Source: an uncultured Oscillibacter sp.
GTDB taxonomy: Bacteria; Bacillota; Clostridia; Oscillospirales; Oscillospiraceae
Assembly: GCA_900551885.1 (NCBI GenBank)
Contig: URXS01000001.1
Location: 720-64,719 of the forward strand
Reading direction: 5' to 3'
DNA: 64,000 nt
The position numbers and the translations under genes were made by a program. Positions 37,356 to 47,851 of the stretch are shown piece by piece. Numbering within the stretch: the first letter of the stretch is position 1; every line of letters begins with the position of its first letter. The notes below the pieces were generated by a model, which did no database searches, had not been told where the DNA came from, and saw nothing but the letters and a program-made list of their open reading frames with translations.

Positions 37356-38620
37356 GCATGACAATGACGCAAAAAATTCTGGCCCACCACGCTGGGCTGC
37401 CAGAAGTCCGGGCCGGCCAGTTGATTCAGGCCAAGCTGGACATCGTGCTGGGCAACGACATCACCTCTCCCGTTGCCATCAATGAGTTTGAGAAGGCCGG
37501 CTTCCAGCAGGTCTTTGACAAGTCCCGAGTGGTAATGGTCATGGACCACTTCGTCCCCAACAAGGACATCAAGGCTGCCACCCAGTGCAAGCAGTGCCGC
37601 ACGTTCGCCAAGCGGTTCGACCTGGACAACTACTACGACGTGGGCCAGATGGGCATTGAACACGCCCTGCTGCCGGAAAAGGGCATCATTGCCCCCGGTG
37701 AGGCCTGCATCGGCGCCGACTCCCACACCTGTACATACGGCGCCCTGGGCGCCTTCTCCACCGGCGTTGGGTCCACCGACATGGCCGCTGCCATGGCCAC
37801 CGGCCAGACCTGGTTCAAGGTGCCCTCCGCCATTCGGGTCAACGTCACCGGTGCCCTGAAGCCCTACGTCAGCGGCAAAGACGTGATTTTGCACCTGATC
37901 GGCATGATCGGTGTGGATGGTGCGCTGTATCAGTCCCTGGAGTTCTCCGGCCCCGGTTTGAAGAACCTCACCATCTACGACCGGCTGACCATCTCCAACA
38001 TGGCCATCGAGGCCGGCGCCAAAAACGGCATCTTCGCCGTGGACGACGTCACCCGGGCGTATGTGGCCGAACGGGTGAACCGGCCCTGGACTGCCTACGA
38101 GGCGGACCCGGACGCGGAGTATGAGCGGGTCATCGAGCTGGATCTGAGCCAGATCGACTGCACTGTAGCCTATCCCCATCTGCCGGAGAACGCCCACCGG
38201 GCCGCTGAGAGCGGCGACGTGACCATCGATCAAGTGGTCATCGGCTCCTGCACCAACGGGCAGATCGCCGACATGGCGGCGGCGGCCGCCATCCTGAAGG
38301 GCCGCAAGGTGGCCCCCGGCGTCCGGGTCATCGTGATCCCCGCCACTCCCAGTGTCTACCGCCAGTGCATCGATCTGGGTTACACCCAGACCTTCCTGGA
38401 CGCCGGCTGCATCGTCTCCACACCCACCTGCGGGCCTTGCTTGGGCGGGTACATGGGCGTGCTGGCCGCCGGGGAACGGTGCGTTTCCACCACCAACCGC
38501 AACTTCGTGGGCCGCATGGGCCACGTGGACAGCGAGGTCTACCTCGCCTCTCCGGCCGTTGCCGCCGCCAGCGCCGTCACCGGTCACATCACCCATCCCA
38601 AGGAGGTCATGGAAGCATGA
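37352..38620 (+). CDS. leuC: 3-isopropylmalate dehydratase large subunit
   Basis: DSHTCT, IGSCTNG, CGPCLG, TTNRNF motifs. Confidence 0.95.
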   Translation: MSMTMTQKILAHHAGLPEVRAGQLIQAKLDIVLGNDITSPVAINEFEKAGFQQVFDKSRVVMVMDHFVPNKDIKAATQCKQCRTFAKRFDLDNYYDVGQMGIEHALLPEKGIIAPGEACIGADSHTCTYGALGAFSTGVGSTDMAAAMATGQTWFKVPSAIRVNVTGALKPYVSGKDVILHLIGMIGVDGALYQSLEFSGPGLKNLTIYDRLTISNMAIEAGAKNGIFAVDDVTRAYVAERVNRPWTAYEADPDAEYERVIELDLSQIDCTVAYPHLPENAHRAAESGDVTIDQVVIGSCTNGQIADMAAAAAILKGRKVAPGVRVIVIPATPSVYRQCIDLGYTQTFLDAGCIVSTPTCGPCLGGYMGVLAAGERCVSTTNRNFVGRMGHVDSEVYLASPAVAAASAVTGHITHPKEVMEA

Positions 38621-39099
38621 AGGCACAGGGAACTGTTCATAAATACGGAGATCATATCGACACCGACGTCATCATCCCCGCCCGGTATCTGGCTACCCAG
38701 GACGAAAAGGAACTGGCCAGCCACTGCATGGAGGACATCGACACCTCCTTTGTAAAAAAGGTACAGCCCGGCGACATCATGGTGGGCGGCTGGAACTTCG
38801 GCTGCGGCTCCTCCCGGGAGCACGCTCCCATCGCCATCAAGGCCAGCGGCATCTCCTGCGTGATCGCCAAGACCTTCGCCCGCATCTTCTACCGCAATGC
38901 CATCAACATCGGCCTGGCCATTCTGGAGTGCCCCGCCGCCAGCGACGGCATTGACGACGGCGACCAGGTGTCTGTGGACTTTGCCACCGGTGTGATCACC
39001 AACATCACCAAGGGCACCACCTTCCAGGCCGAGCCCTTCCCGCCCTTCATTCAGGAGATGATCGAAAAGGGCGGCCTGATGGCCTCCATCAAGGGTTAA
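38617..39099 (+). CDS. leuD: 3-isopropylmalate dehydratase small subunit
   Basis: DTDVIIPA and [11 protein letters not shown] motifs. Confidence 0.95.
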   Translation: MKAQGTVHKYGDHIDTDVIIPARYLATQDEKELASHCMEDIDTSFVKKVQPGDIMVGGWNFGCGSSREHAPIAIKASGISCVIAKTFARIFYRNAINIGLAILECPAASDGIDDGDQVSVDFATGVITNITKGTTFQAEPFPPFIQEMIEKGGLMASIKG

Positions 39100-39113
39100 G
39101 GGGGAGAACGGAT

Positions 39114-40184
39114 ATGGAACGGACAATCGCACTGATCCGGGGCGACGGCATCGGCCCCGAGATCATGGACCAGGCGCTGCTGGCGCTGGATGCCGTGGCC
39201 GCCAAATTCGGTCACCACTTTACCTATCGGGAGGCGCCCATGGGCGGCGCCGCCATCGACGCATTCGGCGTCCCCCTGCCGGAGAGCAGTCTGAAGACCT
39301 GCCTGGAAGCGGACAGCACCCTGCTCTCCGCCATCGGCGGCCCCAAGTGGGACACCATCGATCCGGCTATCCGGCCGGAGAAGGGCCTGCTGGCCCTCCG
39401 GGCCGGCATGGGGCTGTACGCCAACCTGCGCCCCGCCCGGCTGATCCCCCAGCTCCGCCAGGCCAGTCCCCTGCGCTCTGACATCGTGGACCGGGGCATC
39501 GACTTCATGGTGGTCCGGGAGCTGATCGGCGGCGCCTACTTCGGCGAGCACCGCACCTGGGAGGAAAACGGCGAGGCCTGCGCCTCCGACCTGATGGCCT
39601 ACCGGGAGCACGAGATCCGCCGCATCCTGCGGGTGGGCTTTGAGACGGCCATGAAGCGCAGCAAGCGCCTTTGCTCCGTGGACAAGGCCAATGTGCTGGA
39701 CTCCTCCAAGCTGTGGCGGAAGCTGGTCAATGAAGTGGCCGCCGACTACCCGGAGGTGGAGGTCCGCCACATGTATGTGGACAACTGCGCCATGCAGATC
39801 GTCCGGGACCCCAGCCAGTTCGACGTGATCGTGACGGAAAACCTCTTCGGCGACATTCTCTCCGACGAGGCCAGCCAGATCACCGGCTCCATCGGCATGA
39901 TTCCCTCCTCCAGCATGGGCGACGGCACCCGGGGCCTCTACGAGCCCATTCACGGTTCTGCCCCTGACATTGCGGGGAAAGACATTGCCAATCCCATCGG
40001 CATGATCCTGGCGGCGGCCATGATGCTGCGGTACAGCCTGGATATGCCCAAGGAGGCAGAGGCCATGGAGCAGGCGGTCAGCGCCACTCTGGAGGCAGGA
40101 CTGCGCACTGCCGACATCGTCGAGCCCGGCCAGACAGCCGTGGGCTGCGTTGCCATGGGCCGGGCTATCGCTGAGAGGATCTGA
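39114..40184 (+). CDS. leuB: 3-isopropylmalate dehydrogenase
   Basis: GDGIGPE, NLFGDILSD, EPIHGSAPDIAG motifs. Confidence 0.96.
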   Translation: MERTIALIRGDGIGPEIMDQALLALDAVAAKFGHHFTYREAPMGGAAIDAFGVPLPESSLKTCLEADSTLLSAIGGPKWDTIDPAIRPEKGLLALRAGMGLYANLRPARLIPQLRQASPLRSDIVDRGIDFMVVRELIGGAYFGEHRTWEENGEACASDLMAYREHEIRRILRVGFETAMKRSKRLCSVDKANVLDSSKLWRKLVNEVAADYPEVEVRHMYVDNCAMQIVRDPSQFDVIVTENLFGDILSDEASQITGSIGMIPSSSMGDGTRGLYEPIHGSAPDIAGKDIANPIGMILAAAMMLRYSLDMPKEAEAMEQAVSATLEAGLRTADIVEPGQTAVGCVAMGRAIAERI

Positions 40185-40365
40185 AAGGCGGCTTCGTCAC
40201 TCTCTCCGATTTTTCCCCAGAGCTGCTGTGAAATTTCGTCAGCCGCTCCAAAATTCCTATGGGTATGATTTTTTTCGTGTACTTTTGAAGGGACGGCGTG
40301 TATAATGAGGGTCAACCAGCAAACATTTGTTTTTACTGCGCTGACAGCGGAGGGTTTTCTGTTCT

Positions 40366-40506
40366 ATGATGATGACTCTGATTACCATGATCGTTCTTTA
40401 CATTATTCTGGTTCTGGTAGGCTTGATTACCAAGAAAGAGAATAATGCGTCTGGTCATGCTTCAGAGTTCGCTGGGACCCCCGGATGTACCGCATCCGCT
40501 TTTTAA
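40366..40506 (+). CDS. Putative ilv leader peptide (46 aa; absent from the ORF track)
   Basis: MMMTLITMIVLYIILVLVGLITKKENNASGHASEFAGTPGCTASAF; GGAGG at 40349 and TATAAT at 40301. Confidence 0.7.
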   Translation: MMMTLITMIVLYIILVLVGLITKKENNASGHASEFAGTPGCTASAF

Positions 40507-40529
40507 CCCCTAATCCCAACAGCCAACTG

Positions 40530-40570
40530 AAACGCCTGTGGCCCGGCATCAGGACCACAGGCGTTTTTTT
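40530..40570 (+). terminator. Attenuator terminator upstream of ilvB
   Basis: AAACGCCTGTGG...CCACAGGCGTTT with a 7-T tract. Confidence 0.8.
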
Positions 40571-40632
40571 ATCTCTTTTTCCCCCAGGCGGCCGGGTCGG
40601 CCGCGAAAGAAGTCAAGAAGGAGGAAAGTTCT

Positions 40633-42264
40633 ATGGAAATTACAGGCGCTCAGATCCTGGTGGAAGGATTGCTGCGGGAGGGCGTGGAGATGGTCTTCGG
40701 TTACGCCGGCGCCACCATCTGCCCCCTAGCCGATGTACTGCGGGCCACACCGCAGTTGGATTACACCCTGGTACGCAACGAGCAGAACGCCGGCCACATG
40801 GCCTCCGGCTACGCCCGGGTCACCGGCAAGGTCGGTGTATGCATCGTCACCTCCGGCCCCGGCGCCACCAACCTCCTTACCGGCATCGCCACCGCCTACA
40901 TGGACTCCATCCCTCTGGTGGCCTTCACGGGGCAGGTGCCATCCAATCTGCTGGGCCGGGACATCTTCCAGGAAGTGGACATCACCGGTGCCGCCTCCCC
41001 CTTCTCCAAGCACAGCTATCTGGTGAAGAATGCGGCAGACCTGCCCCAGATCATCAGTGAAGCCTTCTACATTGCCTCCACTGGCCGCCCCGGCCCGGTG
41101 CTGATCGACGTTCCCATCGACATTCAGGAACAGGTGGTAAAGGACCCGGTCTTTCCGGAGAAAGTCCACATCCGGGGTTACAACCCCAGTGTCCGGGGCA
41201 ATGACAAGCAGATCACTCACGTGGTCGACGCCATTGCCGCAGCAGAGCGGCCGGTGATCTGCGCCGGCGGCGGCGTATTTCTCTCCAACGCCTTTCTGGA
41301 GCTGGAGACCTTCGCCGCCCGGACCCGGATTCCTGTGGTGACCACCATGATGGGTCTTTCCCTGCTGCCCACCGACCATCCCCTGAACATGGGCATGATC
41401 GGCACCCACGGTAACGTCTGCGCCAACAAAGCCCTGGCCAAGTCGGACCTACTGATCATGATCGGCACCCGTGCCGCGGACCGGGCCATCTTCTCCCCGG
41501 AGGAGATTCAGCGCCGGATGCCCTCTATCCACATCGACGTGGACCCGGCAGAGATCGGCAAGAACATCCACACGGAGATCCCCCTGGTGGGCAATGCCCG
41601 GGTCATCCTCCAGCAACTGCTGGAACGGGACCTGACCACCCACTGCGCCCCCTGGCTGGCGCAGCTTCAGGAGCGGCGGGCCCAGGAGCTGAACCGGGAG
41701 TACCCGGTCCGGGAGGGCAGCGTGTTTCCCGGTCGTCTGCTGCGACTGTTGGGCCAGCGGCTGCGGCCTGACGCCGCCATCTGCGTGGATGTGGGCCAGA
41801 ACCAGTTGTGGGCCTGCAAGCACCTGTGGCTGAGCGGCGGACGCTTCCTCACCAGCGGGGGCCTGGGCACCATGGGCTACGCCCTGCCTGCCGGCGTGGG
41901 CGTCAAGGTGGCCAATCCCAACCGGCAGACCATCGTCATCTGCGGCGACGGCTCCTTCCAGATGTCCATGAACGAGCTGGCCGCCGTCCGGGCCCGCAAC
42001 CTGGATTTGAAGATCGTGCTGATCGACAACGGCGTCCTGGGTCTGGTGCATCAGATCCAGAACCGCGCTCCCTACCATGGGTCCTTCGGTGTGACTCTGG
42101 ACGGCAGCCCGGACTATGCCGCCATTGCCGCCGCCTATGGCATCCCCAGCATCGTGCTGGACGACGAATCCCAGGTGGAGGAGGGACTGGACCGCTTTTT
42201 GGGACAGCCGGGAAGCTGCCTGCTGATTGCTCGGGTAGATCCGTCCGCCACCACCAACGACTAA
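40633..42264 (+). CDS. ilvB: Acetolactate synthase large subunit 1
   Basis: TSGPGATN, FQEVD, GDGSFQM motifs; LGLVHQIQ variant. Confidence 0.9.
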   Translation: MEITGAQILVEGLLREGVEMVFGYAGATICPLADVLRATPQLDYTLVRNEQNAGHMASGYARVTGKVGVCIVTSGPGATNLLTGIATAYMDSIPLVAFTGQVPSNLLGRDIFQEVDITGAASPFSKHSYLVKNAADLPQIISEAFYIASTGRPGPVLIDVPIDIQEQVVKDPVFPEKVHIRGYNPSVRGNDKQITHVVDAIAAAERPVICAGGGVFLSNAFLELETFAARTRIPVVTTMMGLSLLPTDHPLNMGMIGTHGNVCANKALAKSDLLIMIGTRAADRAIFSPEEIQRRMPSIHIDVDPAEIGKNIHTEIPLVGNARVILQQLLERDLTTHCAPWLAQLQERRAQELNREYPVREGSVFPGRLLRLLGQRLRPDAAICVDVGQNQLWACKHLWLSGGRFLTSGGLGTMGYALPAGVGVKVANPNRQTIVICGDGSFQMSMNELAAVRARNLDLKIVLIDNGVLGLVHQIQNRAPYHGSFGVTLDGSPDYAAIAAAYGIPSIVLDDESQVEEGLDRFLGQPGSCLLIARVDPSATTND

Positions 42265-42280
42265 CTGAGGAGGTGCCACT

Positions 42281-42766
42281 ATGAAACAGACCATCTCCGT
42301 TCTGGTGGAAAACCAGGCCGGTGTGCTCAACCGCATCACCAGCCTCTTCTCCCGCCGGGCGTTCAATATCGACTCCCTGGCCGTGGGCGTCACCGACGAT
42401 CCCTCCGTCTCCCGCATCACCATCATCGTGGACAACGGCAACAGCGTGGTGGAGCAGGTGGAAAAACAGCTCAACAAGCTGGTGGAGGTCATCAAAGTGC
42501 GCACTCTGGATGAAACCAGCATGATCGGCCGGGAACTGATGATTCTCAAAGTCAGCGCCAACAGCCGCACCCGCGGCGATATCATGACCATCTGCAACAT
42601 CTGCGGTGCCAAGGTGGCGGACCTGTCCCCCACCTCCATCAGCATCGAGCTGTCGGACACTCCCGACCGGGTCAACACCTTCGAGGAACTGATGCGCCCC
42701 TTTAATATTCTGGAGGTGGCCCGCACCGGCATGATCGCGCTGCAAAAGGGCGGCGGCAAGATGTAA
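42281..42766 (+). CDS. ilvN: Acetolactate synthase small subunit 1
   Basis: ENQAGVLNRI, RRAFNIDSL, KQLNKL motifs. Confidence 0.93.
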   Translation: MKQTISVLVENQAGVLNRITSLFSRRAFNIDSLAVGVTDDPSVSRITIIVDNGNSVVEQVEKQLNKLVEVIKVRTLDETSMIGRELMILKVSANSRTRGDIMTICNICGAKVADLSPTSISIELSDTPDRVNTFEELMRPFNILEVARTGMIALQKGGGKM

Positions 42767-42820
42767 CGCGTCGGCTCCCGCCGGGGCCGTCTTACCCAGA
42801 AACACGAGGAGGAATGTACT

Positions 42821-44536
42821 TTGAAGATCCGCGCAACCCAGGCCATCATGGAGTGCCTGCTGGAGCAGGAGGTGGACACCATCTTCGGCTATCCGGGCGG
42901 CACAATTCTGAATCTCTATGACGAGCTGTACCGCTATCAGGACAAGATCCGCCACATCCTGACGGCCCACGAGCAGGGTGCCGCTCATGCGGCGGACGGC
43001 TATGCCCGCTCCACCGGCAAGGTGGGCGTGTGCTTTGCCACTTCTGGCCCCGGCGCCACCAATCTGACCACAGGTATTGCCACTGCCCATCTGGACTCCT
43101 CCCCCGTGGTGTTCATCACCTGCAACGTGGGCGAGAATCTGTTGGGCCGGGATGCCTTCCAGGAGGTGGACAGCACCGGTATCGCCATGCCCATCACCAA
43201 GGCCACCTTCCTGGTGCGGGACCCCCAGAAGATCCCCGACACCATCCGGCAGGCCTTTGCCGTGGCGGCCACCGGCCGCCCTGGACCGGTGCTGATCGAC
43301 TTTTTGAAAAACGTCACAGCCCCCGACCAGATGATCGACTACGAATTCATCCCCTGGCGGGAGAACCGGGTCTGCGACAGTATCCAGAGCCTCAACGCCA
43401 GCCACCAACTGAAAAATCCAGAGGTGAACCAGCAGGATATTGAAACCCTGCTGGAGATGGTGAGTCACGCGGAGCGGCCGCTGCTGATCTGCGGCGGCGG
43501 TGTGGTCCGGGGCCGGGCCCACCGGGAGTTCCGGGAGTTCGCCGAGAAGCTGGACGCGCCGGTGGCCATCACCGTCATGGGTGGCGGCGGGTTCCCCGGT
43601 GCCCACCCCCTGACCACCGGTATGATCGGCATGCACGGATCCCAGGCCTCCAACGTGGCCGTCAACGAGTGTGACCTGCTGGTGGCTGTGGGCTGCCGCT
43701 TCTCTGACCGGGTGGCCTCGGACCCCAAGACCTTCGCCGCCGGTGCCAAGATCGTGCAGATCGATATTGACCGGGCTGAGATCGATAAAAACGTGCTGAC
43801 GGACCATCACATCATCGGCTCTGCCCGCCATGTACTGGCTCTGCTGAATGCCCGGATGCCTCAGTATCACCACGAAGCCTGGAAACAGTACATCCTGCCC
43901 ATGCGGGCCCCCTCCATGGCGGAGGACAGCGAGACCCTGAACCCCCAGCAGATCCTGGACGTGATCCAACATGGGACACCGGACGGCACCATCATCTCCA
44001 CCGACGTTGGTCAGAACCAGATGTGGGCCATCAAGTACCTGCACTTCAGCTATCCCGGCCAACTCCTCACCTCCGGTGGCTTCGGCACCATGGGCTTCGG
44101 CCTGGGGGCTGCCATCGGCGCCCAACTGGGCAATCCGGACAAACGGGTGGTCCACATCACCGGCGACGGCTGCTTCCGTATGAACTGCCATGAGCTGTGC
44201 ACGGTGGAGCACTACAAGCTGCCCATCATCTCCGTGATCTTCAACAACGGTACGCTGGGTATGGTCCGCCAGTGGCAGAGCCTGATTTACGGCAAACGCT
44301 ACTCCGCCACCACCCTGGACCGGGGCCCGGACTTTGTGAAGCTGGCGGAGGCGTATGGCCTCAAAGGCTATCGGGTACGTACCCGGAAGGAGCTGGAGGA
44401 GATCTTCCCCCAGGCCATGGCCGCCGGCTGCGGCGTGGTCATTGACTGCATCCTGGACATCGATGAGATGGTGCGTCCCATGGTGGCCGCCGGCTCCCCC
44501 ATCACGGACTTCCTGCTGAAGGAGGGAACGACTTGA
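42821..44536 (+). CDS. ilvB: Acetolactate synthase large subunit 2
   Basis: FGYPGG, HEQGAAHAADGYAR, RFSDR, LGMVRQWQ motifs. Confidence 0.94.
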   Translation: MKIRATQAIMECLLEQEVDTIFGYPGGTILNLYDELYRYQDKIRHILTAHEQGAAHAADGYARSTGKVGVCFATSGPGATNLTTGIATAHLDSSPVVFITCNVGENLLGRDAFQEVDSTGIAMPITKATFLVRDPQKIPDTIRQAFAVAATGRPGPVLIDFLKNVTAPDQMIDYEFIPWRENRVCDSIQSLNASHQLKNPEVNQQDIETLLEMVSHAERPLLICGGGVVRGRAHREFREFAEKLDAPVAITVMGGGGFPGAHPLTTGMIGMHGSQASNVAVNECDLLVAVGCRFSDRVASDPKTFAAGAKIVQIDIDRAEIDKNVLTDHHIIGSARHVLALLNARMPQYHHEAWKQYILPMRAPSMAEDSETLNPQQILDVIQHGTPDGTIISTDVGQNQMWAIKYLHFSYPGQLLTSGGFGTMGFGLGAAIGAQLGNPDKRVVHITGDGCFRMNCHELCTVEHYKLPIISVIFNNGTLGMVRQWQSLIYGKRYSATTLDRGPDFVKLAEAYGLKGYRVRTRKELEEIFPQAMAAGCGVVIDCILDIDEMVRPMVAAGSPITDFLLKEGTT

Positions 44537-44550
44537 AAAAGGAATTCAAC

Positions 44551-45099
44551 ATGGAGCGCAAGCTCTATACCCTGTGCATCCTGGCGGAGGACTCCCCCGG
44601 TGTCCTGAGCCAGGTGGCCCGGCTCTTCTCCCGGAAAGGCTACAACATTGAATCCATCGTCTCCGGCGCCACTGACCGGCCCGGCGTGGCCCGCATCTCC
44701 ATTGAGATCATTGCCGACGAACTGATGATCGAGCAGATCGCCGCCCAGTGCCGTAAGATCCTGCCGGTGAAGGCGGTTCGGATTCTGGACGAGGAAACCT
44801 GCATCCGCCGGGAGATCGCCCTGATCAAGGTGCAGGCCGCGGACCACTCCGCCCGGGACGAGATTTTGCAACTGACCAACATCTTCCGGGCCAAGGTCAT
44901 CGACGTGGGCCGGGAGACGCTGACCATCTGGGTCTTCGGCAGCCAGAGCAAAAACACCGCTCTGATCGACATGCTGGCCGACTTCGGTATTCTGGAAATC
45001 GCCAAAACCGGTACTATCGCCATTGAAAGAGGGCGTAGCACAATATATGACACCAACAAATTACGGGAGGAATACGACTATGGCAAGAATGTATTATGA
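44551..45099 (+). CDS. ilvN: Acetolactate synthase small subunit 2
   Basis: ACT domain [22 protein letters not shown]. Confidence 0.88.
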   Translation: MERKLYTLCILAEDSPGVLSQVARLFSRKGYNIESIVSGATDRPGVARISIEIIADELMIEQIAAQCRKILPVKAVRILDEETCIRREIALIKVQAADHSARDEILQLTNIFRAKVIDVGRETLTIWVFGSQSKNTALIDMLADFGILEIAKTGTIAIERGRSTIYDTNKLREEYDYGKNVL

Positions 45100-46099
45100 G
45101 AAGGACTGCGACATCAACAAGCTCAACGGCCGTAAGATCGCCATCATCGGCTACGGTTCCCAGGGTCACGCCCACGCCCTGAACCTGAAGGAATCCGGCT
45201 GCGATGTGTGCGTGGGCCTGCGGGCCGGCTCCAAGAACTGGGCCAACGCCGAGAAGGCCGGGCTCCAGGTCAAGACCGTGGCTGAGGCCGCCAAGTGGGG
45301 CGACATCATCATGATCCTGGTCAACGATGAGGTCCAGGCCGCCGTCTATGCCAAGGACATCGCCCCCAATCTGGAAGCCGGAAACGCCCTGATGTTCGCC
45401 CATGGCTTCAACATTCACTTCAAGCAGATCGTTCCTCCCGCCGACGTGGACGTGTTGATGATCGCTCCCAAGGGCCCCGGCCACACCGTTCGTTCCACCT
45501 ACGTCAACGGCAAGGGCGTGCCCTGCCTGCTGGCCGTGGAGCAGAACGCCACCGGCAAGGCTGTGGACATCGGCCTGGCCTATGCCGCCGGCATTGGCGG
45601 TGCCCGTGGCGGCGTCATGGAGACCACCTTCCAGGATGAGACCGAGACCGACCTGTTCGGTGAGCAGGCCGTGCTCTGCGGCGGCGTGGTCGAGCTGATG
45701 AAGCTGGGCTTCGAGACCCTGGTGGAAGCCGGTTATGCCCCCGAGAACGCCTATTTCGAGTGCATCCACGAGATGAAGCTGATCATCGACCTGATCAACA
45801 AGGGCGGCGTCGCCATGATGAACTACTCCATCTCCGATACCGCCGAGTACGGCGAGTATGTCTCCGGTCCCCGGGTCCTGCCCTATGAGGAGACCAAGAA
45901 GAACATGAAGGCCGTCCTCACCGACATCCAGAACGGCACCTTCGCCGGCAAGTGGATCGCCGAGAACAAGAACGGCCGCTGCTTCTTCAACGCCTCCCGG
46001 GCCATCCTGGCCAAGCACCCCATGGAGACCGTGGGTGCCGAGCTGCGCCGCAACATGCTCTGGGGTGACGACACTGACCCCGATACCGCTTCCAACTGA
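45080..46099 (+). CDS. ilvC: Ketol-acid reductoisomerase
   Basis: [23 protein letters not shown] motifs. Confidence 0.97.
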   Translation: MARMYYEKDCDINKLNGRKIAIIGYGSQGHAHALNLKESGCDVCVGLRAGSKNWANAEKAGLQVKTVAEAAKWGDIIMILVNDEVQAAVYAKDIAPNLEAGNALMFAHGFNIHFKQIVPPADVDVLMIAPKGPGHTVRSTYVNGKGVPCLLAVEQNATGKAVDIGLAYAAGIGGARGGVMETTFQDETETDLFGEQAVLCGGVVELMKLGFETLVEAGYAPENAYFECIHEMKLIIDLINKGGVAMMNYSISDTAEYGEYVSGPRVLPYEETKKNMKAVLTDIQNGTFAGKWIAENKNGRCFFNASRAILAKHPMETVGAELRRNMLWGDDTDPDTASN

Positions 46100-46166
46100 T
46101 CCAGCCGCGGAGAGGGAGGGCTACCTCCCTCTCTGCGTAATTCTATCCTGATACGGAGGTCCGCTT

Positions 46167-47828
46167 ATGAGAAGCGACGTCATCAAGATCGGAGCCCCCG
46201 CCGCTCCCAACCGCTCCCTGCTCTACGCCCTGGGCTACACCAAGGAGGAGCTGGAGCGCCCCCTGATCGGCGTGGTGTGCTCCTACAACGAGATCGTTCC
46301 CGGCCACATGAACCTGGACAAGATCGCCGAGGCCGTCAAGGCCGGCATCCGGGCCGCCGGCGGCACACCGGTGGAGTTCCCCGCCATCGCGGTATGCGAC
46401 GGCATCGCCATGGGTCACGTAGGCATGAAGTACTCCCTGGTCACCCGGGACATCATCGCCGACTCCACCGAGGCCATGGCTTTGGCCCACCAGTTCGACG
46501 GCCTGGTGATGATCCCCAACTGCGACAAGAACGTGCCGGGGCTGCTGATGGCCGCCGCCCGGGTCAACGTACCCACCATCTTCGTTTCCGGCGGACCCAT
46601 GCTGGCCGGTACCATGAACGACGGCCGCCGCACCTGCCTGAGCCACATGTTCGAGGCCGTGGGCTCCTACTACGCCGGCAAGCTGGACGAGGCGGGCCTG
46701 GAGGAGTATGAGAACAACGCCTGCCCCACCTGCGGCTCCTGCTCCGGCATGTACACGGCCAACTCCATGAACTGCCTGACTGAGGCCATCGGTATGGGCC
46801 TGCAGGGCAACGGCACCATCCCCGCCGTCTACTCCGCCCGGCTGCGTCTTGCCAAGCACGCCGGCATGCAGATCATGGAACTGGTGGCCAAAAACATCCG
46901 GCCCCGGGACATCATGACCGAGGCCGCCTTCCACAATGCCGAGACCATCGACATGGCTCTGGGCTGCTCCACCAACACCATGCTGCACCTGCCGGCCATC
47001 GCCCACGAGTGCGGCATCGAGCTGAGCTTCGACATGGCCAACGAGATCTCCGACAAGACCCCCAACCTGTGCCATCTGGCCCCTGCCGGCGACACCTATA
47101 TGGAGGATCTGGAGCGGGCCGGCGGCGTGTATGCCGTCATGGCGGAGCTGGCCAAGGCAAATCTGATCGATACCAGCCTGATAACCTGCACCGGCAAGAC
47201 CATCGCGGAAAACCTGGAAGGTGTGGTGAACCGGAACCCGGAGATCATCCGGCCCATCGACAGCCCCTACTCCAAGACCGGCGGCATCGCCGTGCTGAAG
47301 GGCAATCTGGCCCCCGACGGCTGCGTGGTGAAACAGTCCGCCGTGGCCCCCGAAATGATGACCCACACCGGCCCCGCCCGGGTATTCAACTCCGAGGACG
47401 ACGCCATCGCCGCCATCTACGCCGGCAAGATCGTGGCCGGCGACGTGGTGGTGATCCGCTACGAGGGTCCCAAGGGCGGCCCCGGCATGCGGGAGATGCT
47501 CAACCCCACCAGCGCCATCGCGGGCATGGGATTGGACAAGGACGTGGCCCTCATCACCGACGGCCGCTTCTCCGGCGCCACCCGTGGCGCCTCCATCGGC
47601 CATGTGTCCCCGGAGGCTGCATCCGGCGGCCCCATCGGCCTGGTAGAGGAGGGCGACAGCATCTCCATCGACATCCCCGCCCACACCATCACCCTGAACG
47701 TGGACGAGGCCACTCTGGCCGCCCGGAAGGCCAAGTGGGTCTGCCCGGAGCCCAAGATCAAGACCGGCTACCTGGCCCGGTACGCAAGAATGGTCTCCTC
47801 TGCTGACCGGGGCGCCGTGCTGGACTAA
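46167..47828 (+). CDS. ilvD: Dihydroxy-acid dehydratase
   Basis: [27 protein letters not shown] motifs. Confidence 0.97.
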   Translation: MRSDVIKIGAPAAPNRSLLYALGYTKEELERPLIGVVCSYNEIVPGHMNLDKIAEAVKAGIRAAGGTPVEFPAIAVCDGIAMGHVGMKYSLVTRDIIADSTEAMALAHQFDGLVMIPNCDKNVPGLLMAAARVNVPTIFVSGGPMLAGTMNDGRRTCLSHMFEAVGSYYAGKLDEAGLEEYENNACPTCGSCSGMYTANSMNCLTEAIGMGLQGNGTIPAVYSARLRLAKHAGMQIMELVAKNIRPRDIMTEAAFHNAETIDMALGCSTNTMLHLPAIAHECGIELSFDMANEISDKTPNLCHLAPAGDTYMEDLERAGGVYAVMAELAKANLIDTSLITCTGKTIAENLEGVVNRNPEIIRPIDSPYSKTGGIAVLKGNLAPDGCVVKQSAVAPEMMTHTGPARVFNSEDDAIAAIYAGKIVAGDVVVIRYEGPKGGPGMREMLNPTSAIAGMGLDKDVALITDGRFSGATRGASIGHVSPEAASGGPIGLVEEGDSISIDIPAHTITLNVDEATLAARKAKWVCPEPKIKTGYLARYARMVSSADRGAVLD

Positions 47829-47851
47829 GTCGATACTATGGAAGAAAGGGG

